Shown one piece after another: positions 56,110-64,000 of a stretch of DNA of 64,000 bases (the first letter of the stretch is position 1; every line of letters starts with the position of its first letter). The translations under genes and the position numbers were made by a program. Under the pieces are notes generated by a model. That model made no database searches. It saw only the letters and a list, made by a program, of their open reading frames with translations, and had not been told where the DNA came from. This DNA comes from Bacteroidales bacterium (GTDB lineage: Bacteria > Bacteroidota > Bacteroidia > Bacteroidales > JAAUTT01), in assembly GCA_038320545.1 (NCBI GenBank), contig JBBQEI010000001.1, positions 4,213 to 68,212 of the forward strand, given 5' to 3'.

Positions 56110-56311
56110 GGCTGTGAATTTTTATATCAGATGGACAATGACTGAAATGGTTGCGTGGTTTTATTTCTCTATTGGTTCATTTTGAAAAAAAAACAAAAAG
56201 TTCACGCAACCTTTTCGATTAGATATCATCTTCTTCAAAAAAAACCAGACAATGATATTTGTCCGGCCGATTAAATAGTAATTTTATGCTTTAATTTTTA
56301 TTCTCTGTCGA

Positions 56312-56866
56312 TTGGCCGACGATATTAAATATATAGTGCACGACTGCCTTGCCGGTAAACGACTGGCACAGGAGAAGCTTTATGGAATGTTCTCTGCAAA
56401 GATGTTTGGAATTTGTTTGCGTTACTGTAAAAGTTACGATGAAGCCAAAGATGTTTTACAGGAAGGATTCATGAAGGTGTTTTCTAAATTGGAGCAATTT
56501 AATTTTGCAGGTTCTTTTGAAGGTTGGGTTCGCAGGATTATTGTCAATACGGCTATTGAAAAGTTAAGGGCACAAAGTCGAAATATTCCTCTGGAGTTGG
56601 CACCGGAATTATACGAAGATATGGATGAAGAAAATCTTCCTCCATTATCGGCAGCCGAAATGCTGGAAATGATACAGGGTTTGCCATCGCAATACAAAAT
56701 GGTATTCAACCTATATGTTTTTGAGAAAATGCAACATAAAGAAATTGCTGACGTGCTCGGTATTTCAGAAGGAGGTTCAAAATCGAATTTATCAAGGGCA
56801 AGGGCAATTCTGCAAGGGAAAATTAAATTAAGGATTAGTGAAAAAGTAAGGATATTCGGTACATGA
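56312..56866 (+). CDS. ECF-type RNA polymerase sigma-70 family factor
   Basis: Region 2 (DVLQEGFMKVF...F.GW..RI..N) and region 4 (HKEIADVLGISEGGSKSNLSRAR) in a 184-aa protein. Confidence 0.8.
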   Translation: MADDIKYIVHDCLAGKRLAQEKLYGMFSAKMFGICLRYCKSYDEAKDVLQEGFMKVFSKLEQFNFAGSFEGWVRRIIVNTAIEKLRAQSRNIPLELAPELYEDMDEENLPPLSAAEMLEMIQGLPSQYKMVFNLYVFEKMQHKEIADVLGISEGGSKSNLSRARAILQGKIKLRISEKVRIFGT

Positions 56867-58404
56867 AAGAAAATATTGAAAATAAAATTGATGACTTCTT
56901 CCTGAAGGGTTTGGATAACCTGAATGTTATTCCTCCTGCCGGGGTATGGGATGATATTGCAAAAAATATCCAGCCCAAAAAGAAGCGGGGAATGATTATC
57001 TGGATTGCTGTTGCTGCTTCAGTTACTTTGTTTGCAACTGTTTCAGGCTGGTTTTACTTACAAACAAATTCCTCGGGCAAAATTGATAATTCAGTTCAGA
57101 TAATTGCCAAATCAGATAATCAAAAAACATCGGAAACTCTTGTCATTAAAGGAAATAGCGACATTCAAGTTTCGGAACAAGATAAAAATAAGGCCAGACT
57201 TGTTGATTCTAAAACTTTCGAAGGCTCTTTTGATAAAACTAAACTTTCAGATAAATATCCTGAAACTATAAATAAATATGATATTTCCACTCAGGATAAA
57301 GTTGCAAAAAATAATATCGAACCTACCAATACAAATCCGGCAGAAAACCAACTGTCGGGTATAGGCCATGTTACAAAAAGTCCAAAAGTTCAGAATGGGA
57401 ATTCTTATGGTCAGGATAATCAAATTGATCAAAAAGAAACAGTTAATTCATTGTACGAAAAAGGTTCTGCAATAGCGTCAATACAATTCCACAAGTTTGA
57501 TGCCCCTGATATTTATGGTTCTGTTCATAATATAACTCCAATTGTTAAAGTAGATAGTCTTCCGGTTTATGATCAATTATTTGCTTCTATTGATGAAACT
57601 GATTCTAAATCTGGTTTAAACCGGTGGGCTATTGGCGGTCAACTTGCACCTTTATATTCTTACCGGAATATTTCACAGGTTAACGATCCGGGTTTGAATA
57701 AGTCGTCGATGGACGATTTGGAAAAAGCTGTTATAACCTATGCCAGCGGAGTAATGATTGATTATGAAGCTACGTCAAGGCTTACTTTCCAAACAGGAAT
57801 TTATTATATGAAAATGGGTCAGGAAATAAACAATGTTTCGAGTTTTACTAAAAAGACTGCCTCAATGGATTATATGGCAATGAGTGCAAATCGGAATGAA
57901 GCCATTGTGCCGGTTGTGACAAATTCTACGGGTATAATTATGGCTGCATCCGATAATTTATATGTTGGAGGTTCAGTGAATTCGGATAATCAGGGGTATG
58001 CACCTGGTAATTTAGCGGTTCAGCCTGCCAATGATAATTTCAAAAAAAATATAGTGCAATCTTTCGAGTTTTTGGAAGTTCCATTTATAGCAAAGTACAA
58101 AATTATTGACCGAAAAATTGATGTAAACCTGTTGGGTGGCCTTAGTACTCATGTGTTAATGAACAATAAAGCTACAGTAGTATTTGCCGATAACACTACA
58201 GCATATGGTATAACAACTGATGTTGAGACATTTAACTACAGCTCTTCAATGGGATTTGGAGTTGTTTACAGCTTAAAAAAGAATTTGACCATAAGTGTTG
58301 AACCTACCTTTAAATATTATCTCAATTCTTTTAATTCATCGGATGTTGTAAAATTACATCCTTATGCCTTCGGAATTTATTCCGGAATATCTTTTAAGTT
58401 TTAG
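56863..58404 (+). CDS. putative anti-sigma factor: single TM helix, long low-complexity linker, C-terminal OMP-beta-barrel-like domain
   Basis: ATGA overlap with the sigma gene. TM helix at aa ~44-66 (MIIWIAVAASVTLFATVSGWFYL). The last ~260 aa have a porin-family-like alternating pattern and end in ...GISFKF. Confidence 0.55.
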   Translation: MKENIENKIDDFFLKGLDNLNVIPPAGVWDDIAKNIQPKKKRGMIIWIAVAASVTLFATVSGWFYLQTNSSGKIDNSVQIIAKSDNQKTSETLVIKGNSDIQVSEQDKNKARLVDSKTFEGSFDKTKLSDKYPETINKYDISTQDKVAKNNIEPTNTNPAENQLSGIGHVTKSPKVQNGNSYGQDNQIDQKETVNSLYEKGSAIASIQFHKFDAPDIYGSVHNITPIVKVDSLPVYDQLFASIDETDSKSGLNRWAIGGQLAPLYSYRNISQVNDPGLNKSSMDDLEKAVITYASGVMIDYEATSRLTFQTGIYYMKMGQEINNVSSFTKKTASMDYMAMSANRNEAIVPVVTNSTGIIMAASDNLYVGGSVNSDNQGYAPGNLAVQPANDNFKKNIVQSFEFLEVPFIAKYKIIDRKIDVNLLGGLSTHVLMNNKATVVFADNTTAYGITTDVETFNYSSSMGFGVVYSLKKNLTISVEPTFKYYLNSFNSSDVVKLHPYAFGIYSGISFKF

Positions 58405-58615
58405 TTTAAACCAAGCTATTAACAAAACAATCTTATTTACTTTAAAAAATCTTAATAATAAGGTAACAAAACTTCCCATTCAGCGTTATGGTAACGTTAG
58501 TTTGGGTTTAAAAATTTGTTAAAGAATTCCCGGTTACGCATTATTATAGTATGTATTAGCAGGGATTTAACCCAATTAGTTATAGATTTGCAAATCAGAA
58601 ATCAAGAAGAAGAAT

Positions 58616-59611
58616 ATGAGCAGAAGTTTTAAAATTATTAATGGTGGGTTAGCTTTTTTTGGAGCTATGGGAATCATATTGATAGTATTAATGGTTTCAG
58701 GAACCGTTCCTGCTAAAGAACACGGATTGAAAAGTGAAGCTAACACCGGGTTTACATCTGTTTCTTTACCCGAAGAGCTTAGTTTTGCCGGAGAAAGGGT
58801 TCCGATGGAAAACTTTGATGTGCGCGAATCACTGGATAAGGAATTACTTGTAAATACATACTGGCATTCACAAACATTTCTTCTGATTAAAAGGGCTAAC
58901 CGGTATTTTCCAGAAATTGAACCTGTTCTTAAGAGATATGGAATACCTGACGATTTCAAATTTTTAGCGCTGGCTGAAAGTGGCCTTACCAACGTAGTTT
59001 CTCCTGCCGGAGCTGCTGGTTTTTGGCAATTTGTTAAACCAACCGCAATTGAATATGGAATGGAAATTAACGATGAAGTTGATGAACGTTACAATGTTGA
59101 AAAATCAACTGAAGCGGCCTGCAAATATATAAAACATTCATACGATATTTATAAAAACTGGACAATGGCCGCTGCTTCTTATAATATGGGAAGGTCAGGG
59201 TTGAACAAGCAAATTTCAAGACAATACAGCAATAATTATTACGATATTCTTTTAAATGAGGAAACATCAAGGTATTTATTCAGGATATCAGCTTTAAAAG
59301 CCATTATCAATAATCCTGAGAAATATGGTTTTGCAATATCAAAAGAAGATCTTTATCCCCCATTCCAATCAGAGGATCTTGTGATTAGCGAACCTATCAA
59401 CGATATTGCCAAGTTTGCTTTTAATCATGGAACTAATTATAAAATGATCAAGATTTTGAATCCATGGTTACGCGATAACATCCTCACGAATAGAAACCGA
59501 AAAGCTTATACAATCAAGATTCCAGTTATAGGTTCCCGAATTGTTCAACAACCCATTTCTAATGTTGAAATAGATACCATGCTGGCAAGGAACGAAAAAA
59601 TTGATGAATAA
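58616..59611 (+). CDS. lytic transglycosylase (SLT-domain, MltD-like) with N-terminal membrane anchor
   Basis: LALAESGL...SPAGAAGFWQF...AAASYNMG are SLT catalytic blocks. Confidence 0.75.
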   Translation: MSRSFKIINGGLAFFGAMGIILIVLMVSGTVPAKEHGLKSEANTGFTSVSLPEELSFAGERVPMENFDVRESLDKELLVNTYWHSQTFLLIKRANRYFPEIEPVLKRYGIPDDFKFLALAESGLTNVVSPAGAAGFWQFVKPTAIEYGMEINDEVDERYNVEKSTEAACKYIKHSYDIYKNWTMAAASYNMGRSGLNKQISRQYSNNYYDILLNEETSRYLFRISALKAIINNPEKYGFAISKEDLYPPFQSEDLVISEPINDIAKFAFNHGTNYKMIKILNPWLRDNILTNRNRKAYTIKIPVIGSRIVQQPISNVEIDTMLARNEKIDE

Positions 59612-62462
59612 CGAAATATCTGATGCATATGATTCACCTGCTGGTGATCAATTAATTGAAGTTTTAGGGGCCCGTGTGCATAATCTCAAGAATATTGATG
59701 TAAATATTCCCCGAAATAAATTTACTGTTATAACAGGTTTAAGTGGCAGTGGTAAATCATCTCTGGCTTTCGATACTATTTATGCCGAAGGTCAGCGTCG
59801 TTACATGGAAACCATGTCAGCTTATGCACGACAGTTTTTGGGCGGTCTTGAACGTCCCGATGTGGATAAGATTTCAGGCTTAAGTCCGGTTATATCTATT
59901 GAGCAAAAAACTACCAATCGAAATCCACGAAGTACTGTTGGAACAATAACTGAAATTTACGATTTTTTACGTTTGCTATACGCCAGAGGTTCTGAGGCTT
60001 TTTCGTACAATACTGGCGAAAGAATGGTTAAATATACCGAGGAGCAAATTGTGAAACTCATTTCGGCAAGTTTCGAAGGAATGGCAATTTACATTCTTTC
60101 TCCTGTGGTTAAGGGTCGTAAGGGTCATTACAAGGAACTTTTTGAACAGATCCGTAAAAAGGGATTCCTTCATGTGCGCGTTGACGGTGAAATAAGGGAA
60201 ATTACGCATAGCATGAAAGTCGATCGTTATAAATCGCACTTTATTGAAATGGTAGTTGACAAGTTGGTTGTTGCTGAAGATACTCAGAAAAGGCTGAAAG
60301 AATCGGTTCATACAGCCATGATTCATGGAAAAGGAATTATCATGGTTCTTGATAAAACTTCTGGAAATTCCAGGTATTATAGTAAGATGTTGATGTGTCC
60401 AACTACCGGTATTTCATACAATGAACCTGCACCTCATTCTTTTTCATTTAATTCACCGCAGGGTGCCTGCAAAAAGTGTAGCGGACTCGGTGAAATAACA
60501 GAAGCCGATATCTCAAAAATAATTCCCGACCCTTCGTTAAGCATTAGTAAAGGAGCTATTGAACCACTTGGCTCATATAAAAGTTCCATTATTTTCTGGC
60601 AAATTGAAGCTATTCTTCATAAACATGGGCTTACACTTGAAACACCTGTAGAGGAGTTTTCAGAAGAAGCCTTGAATACCGTTCTTTATGGTTCTGACGA
60701 ATCTTTTAAACTGTTGCATGCACCAGCAGGAACATCTTCAGGGTATTTCCTTAATTTCGACGGTATTGTTAATTATATCATCAGTCAACAGGTAGAAAAT
60801 ACATCCAAAAGAGCTCAGGCATGGGTGAATCAGTTTATTAAAGAAGTAAAATGTCCTGAATGCAAGGGTGCTCGTTTAAGACAAGAATCCCTTTGGTTTA
60901 AAATTGACGAAAAAAATATTTCTGAGCTTTCCATGATGGATATTCAAACATTAAAGAAATGGTTTGAAGGATTGGAAGACAGACTTTCGGAAAAACAGAA
61001 AGCCATTGCCCGTGAAATTATTAAAGAAATAAGGACACGTTTAAATTTTTTACTTGATGTTGGTCTAAATTATTTATCTCTTAATTTGAGCGCCAAAACC
61101 TTATCGGGTGGAGAAAGCCAGCGCATCAGGCTTGCTACGCAAATAGGATCTCAACTGGTTAATGTGCTTTATATATTGGATGAGCCCAGTATTGGACTGC
61201 ATCAGCGCGATAACCACCGGTTGATTTTGTCGTTACGAAAACTCCGGGATGCCGGAAATTCTGTTATTGTGGTAGAACACGATAAGGATATGATCCTGGC
61301 ATCGGATCATATTGTGGATATGGGACCACACGCCGGGCGTTTTGGCGGTGAAGTTGTGGCCGAAGGTAGCCCTGAAGATATTTTGAAATCAAATTCCTTA
61401 ACAGCCCAATATTTAAACAATCAAAGAGAAATTTCTGTACCTGCTCACCGCAGGGAAGGATCTGGTAAAAAATTAGTTTTAAAAGGAGCCAAGGGAAATA
61501 ATTTAAAGAATGTATCAGTTGAATTCCCTCTGGGTAAATTTATTTGTGTTACAGGTGTTTCTGGAAGCGGCAAGAGTACTTTAATTAACGAAACATTACA
61601 ACCAATCCTTTCTCAGTACTTTTACAAATCCGTAAAAGAACCGTTGTCCTACGAAACCATTGAAGGTATACAGTTAATTGATAAAGTAATACAAGTGGAT
61701 CAATCGCCACTCGGGCGGACACCAAGGTCTAATCCGGCTACTTATACCGGAGTATTTGGGGACATTCGCAATTTATTTGCTATGACACCCGAAGCTAAAA
61801 TCAGGGCTTATTTGCCGGGACGGTTTTCATTCAATGTTAAAGGAGGAAGATGCGAAGCTTGCTCTGGTGCAGGAGTACAGACCATAGAAATGAATTTCCT
61901 TCCCGATGTTTACGTAGAATGCCGTGAGTGTGGCGGCCATCGGTACAACCGCGAAACGCTCGAAATAAAATATAAAGGGAAGTCAATCAGTGAAGTGCTT
62001 GATATGACTATAAACCAGGCTGTTGAATTTTTTAGTGGGATACCATCCATACTCAACAAAGTGGTTACCATTCAACAGGTAGGACTAGGATATATTAAAC
62101 TGGGGCAGCCTTCTACAACTCTCTCTGGTGGCGAATCGCAAAGGGTAAAACTTGCAACCGAATTATCGAAAAGGGATACCGGAAAAACATTTTATATTCT
62201 TGATGAGCCAACTACAGGACTTCATTTCGACGATGTTCGTGTTTTGCTTGAAGTATTGAACCATTTGGTGGATAAAGGCAACACCGTGGTAGTTATCGAA
62301 CACAATATGGATGTAATTAAAGTTTCGGATCATATTATCGATGTTGGCATGGAAGGTGGATCGGGTGGAGGAGAAATTATATTTGCCGGATCGCCGGAAG
62401 AATTAATTTTAAATAATAAAAGCTACACCGCCGAATTTTTAAAGAAAGAACTTAAACATTAA
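59604..62462 (+). CDS. uvrA: excinuclease ABC subunit A
   Basis: [44 protein letters not shown], zinc-finger Cys pairs, two ABC signatures LSGGESQR. ~950 aa. ATG at 59604 overlaps the upstream stop. Confidence 0.95.
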   Translation: MNNEISDAYDSPAGDQLIEVLGARVHNLKNIDVNIPRNKFTVITGLSGSGKSSLAFDTIYAEGQRRYMETMSAYARQFLGGLERPDVDKISGLSPVISIEQKTTNRNPRSTVGTITEIYDFLRLLYARGSEAFSYNTGERMVKYTEEQIVKLISASFEGMAIYILSPVVKGRKGHYKELFEQIRKKGFLHVRVDGEIREITHSMKVDRYKSHFIEMVVDKLVVAEDTQKRLKESVHTAMIHGKGIIMVLDKTSGNSRYYSKMLMCPTTGISYNEPAPHSFSFNSPQGACKKCSGLGEITEADISKIIPDPSLSISKGAIEPLGSYKSSIIFWQIEAILHKHGLTLETPVEEFSEEALNTVLYGSDESFKLLHAPAGTSSGYFLNFDGIVNYIISQQVENTSKRAQAWVNQFIKEVKCPECKGARLRQESLWFKIDEKNISELSMMDIQTLKKWFEGLEDRLSEKQKAIAREIIKEIRTRLNFLLDVGLNYLSLNLSAKTLSGGESQRIRLATQIGSQLVNVLYILDEPSIGLHQRDNHRLILSLRKLRDAGNSVIVVEHDKDMILASDHIVDMGPHAGRFGGEVVAEGSPEDILKSNSLTAQYLNNQREISVPAHRREGSGKKLVLKGAKGNNLKNVSVEFPLGKFICVTGVSGSGKSTLINETLQPILSQYFYKSVKEPLSYETIEGIQLIDKVIQVDQSPLGRTPRSNPATYTGVFGDIRNLFAMTPEAKIRAYLPGRFSFNVKGGRCEACSGAGVQTIEMNFLPDVYVECRECGGHRYNRETLEIKYKGKSISEVLDMTINQAVEFFSGIPSILNKVVTIQQVGLGYIKLGQPSTTLSGGESQRVKLATELSKRDTGKTFYILDEPTTGLHFDDVRVLLEVLNHLVDKGNTVVVIEHNMDVIKVSDHIIDVGMEGGSGGGEIIFAGSPEELILNNKSYTAEFLKKELKH

Positions 62463-62722
62463 CCTGAAATTATTTACAAGGGTTAAATAATTTCTCTTTA
62501 AAAACTCCTGAAAATAAGCTAAAATTGTATTTTCGGCCTTCAATATAATTACAACAAATTGATAAAAAATAGTTTTTGTATGTTAATTTATTGATTAGCA
62601 ATTATAAACAATTTTAATCTTTAATATTAATTTCAGTTTACTGACCATAACATTCTATATTTTACTAACGTATAAAACCTAAATTTTATAGGTGGTTTAA
62701 CTCAAGTTTAAGATTTACACAC

Positions 62723-63433
62723 ATGTCGACCAGTGAGGAAAAAATCAGGAATGCTTTTCAGGAGAAAACCTGGAACGAGATAAAATCAGAAGATTCCTGG
62801 AGGATTTTTAAAATAATGGCAGAGTTTGTTGAAGGGTATGAAAAGCTTTCGCGTATTGGGCCTTGTGTATCTATTTTTGGATCAGCACGTATAACGTCCG
62901 ACAGTGTTTATTATAAATTAGCCGAACAGGTTTCATATAAGCTTACTCAATTTGGTTATGGAATAATAACCGGTGGAGGTCCTGGCATTATGGAAGCAGC
63001 TAATCTTGGTGCAAAACGTGGATTAGGCCGATCGGTAGGGATAAACATCGCTTTGCCTTACGAACAGAGTGCCAACTTATTTATAGATCACGATAAGTTA
63101 ATCACTTTTGATTATTTTTTCGTTAGAAAAACAATGTTTATGAAATATGCCCAGGGCTTTATTGTTTTACCCGGCGGTTTTGGAACATTTGATGAGCTTT
63201 TCGAAGCTTTAACATTAATTCAGACTGAGAAAATTGGCCGTTTCCCAATTGTTTTAATAGGTACCGATTATTGGGGCGGATTAGTAGATTGGATTAAGAA
63301 AACAATGCTTGAAGAAAATAAATGTATTCATCAGGACGACATGAATCTTTTTCATGTTGTTGACGAACCGGATGAAGCCGTTGAGATTATTAATAACTTT
63401 TACTCGAAATATCTGTTAAGCCCTAATTTCTAA
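62723..63433 (+). CDS. LOG-family (TIGR00730) nucleotide phosphoribohydrolase
   Basis: GGGPGIMEAAN and PGGFGTFDELFE are the LOG signature motifs. Confidence 0.8.
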   Translation: MSTSEEKIRNAFQEKTWNEIKSEDSWRIFKIMAEFVEGYEKLSRIGPCVSIFGSARITSDSVYYKLAEQVSYKLTQFGYGIITGGGPGIMEAANLGAKRGLGRSVGINIALPYEQSANLFIDHDKLITFDYFFVRKTMFMKYAQGFIVLPGGFGTFDELFEALTLIQTEKIGRFPIVLIGTDYWGGLVDWIKKTMLEENKCIHQDDMNLFHVVDEPDEAVEIINNFYSKYLLSPNF

Positions 63434-63546
63434 TTATATTAACAATTAGAGTAGTTATTAACAGTTGAATTTGAATTTATTAAAGATTGTTTATTTTGTT
63501 GTAACTTTATTTTACAAATGAATTATTCAGCTAAAGATACCCAACC

Positions 63547-64000
63547 ATGATACGCTTAATTACAGCTATTTATGTTTTGGGAGCACTGGCCATAAACCTG
63601 CTTTTTCAAAGTGATGTTTCACTTACGATGGTTGTTGCTCCTAAAATAAATGCAGGAACAGAGCTTATTGTTAAAGTTTCCCTGAAAAAAAATGATTTAA
63701 CCGGTTTTTGCCGTTTTCAACAGGAGTTACCTGCTGGCTTTAGTGCCTCTTCGGTGAATACTTCCAACGCCGATTTTACATTCAAAGACCAAAAAATTCG
63801 TTTTATTTGGTTAAAACTTCCTGAAGAAGAGAATATTGAAATAAGTTATAAAATTACCTGTGACGAAAGGTTAAAAGGTTCTTTTAATCTGGCTGGAAAG
63901 TTTTCGTATATTGAAGAAAACCAACGTAAATCAGTCGATGTTACCCCTCAGTTACTTACAATAGTTCCATCTCCCAATATCAGTCCTGTAATGCTTGTCG
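63547..64000 (+). CDS. hypothetical protein, partial (N-terminal 151 codons; continues beyond the right edge)
   Basis: ATG at 63547, then MIRLITAIYVLGALAINLLF (membrane anchor or signal). The frame is open to the window end. Absent from the ORF track because it is truncated. Confidence 0.5.
   Translation, partial: MIRLITAIYVLGALAINLLFQSDVSLTMVVAPKINAGTELIVKVSLKKNDLTGFCRFQQELPAGFSASSVNTSNADFTFKDQKIRFIWLKLPEEENIEISYKITCDERLKGSFNLAGKFSYIEENQRKSVDVTPQLLTIVPSPNISPVMLV

Overview
AT-rich chromosomal segment that looks like Bacteroidota. The evidence is an S46 dipeptidyl-peptidase, a DUF1573 protein, lipoprotein-type serpins, Omp85-fused proteins and TAnnTTTG-type promoter boxes. It holds about 50 protein-coding genes, mostly housekeeping or envelope functions. 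In order: a TPR protein and an FtsE-like ATPase; a minus-strand operon (DUF2520-KdsC fusion, UbiA prenyltransferase, Maf, S46 peptidase) with overlapping stop and start codons; a PAS histidine kinase with a receiver protein; acyl-CoA dehydrogenase with EtfBA; a small polysaccharide-type cluster (flippase, CapA, AsnB-like, acetyltransferase); GH30; a WD40 plus NYN/OST-HTH pair; a 55-aa ferredoxin missing from the ORF track; M20 amidohydrolase; MeaB; a TlpA-like redoxin; GT2; patatin-Omp85; LpdA; tandem serpins; an ECF sigma/anti-sigma pair; a lytic transglycosylase; UvrA; and a LOG protein. I saw no rRNA, tRNA or CRISPR array. I did not find a complete, clearly novel multi-gene system. The observations most worth a second look are: (1) a 1.8-kb patch of gene debris at 5437-7249, containing a 3'-truncated group IIC intron, a two-fragment chimeric ORF, an orphan nikR, a MITE-like palindromic element and heptanucleotide tandem arrays; (2) two tandem paralogous 150-aa proteins of unknown function, with a perfect 12-6-12 palindrome upstream of one of them; (3) a tandem serpin duplication in which one copy carries a 5-nt deletion and a diverged reactive-centre loop, lying divergent to an ECF sigma/anti-sigma pair; (4) a decayed polysaccharide cluster with an internally deleted radical-SAM gene. 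All family assignments come from motif recognition by eye. No searches were run.
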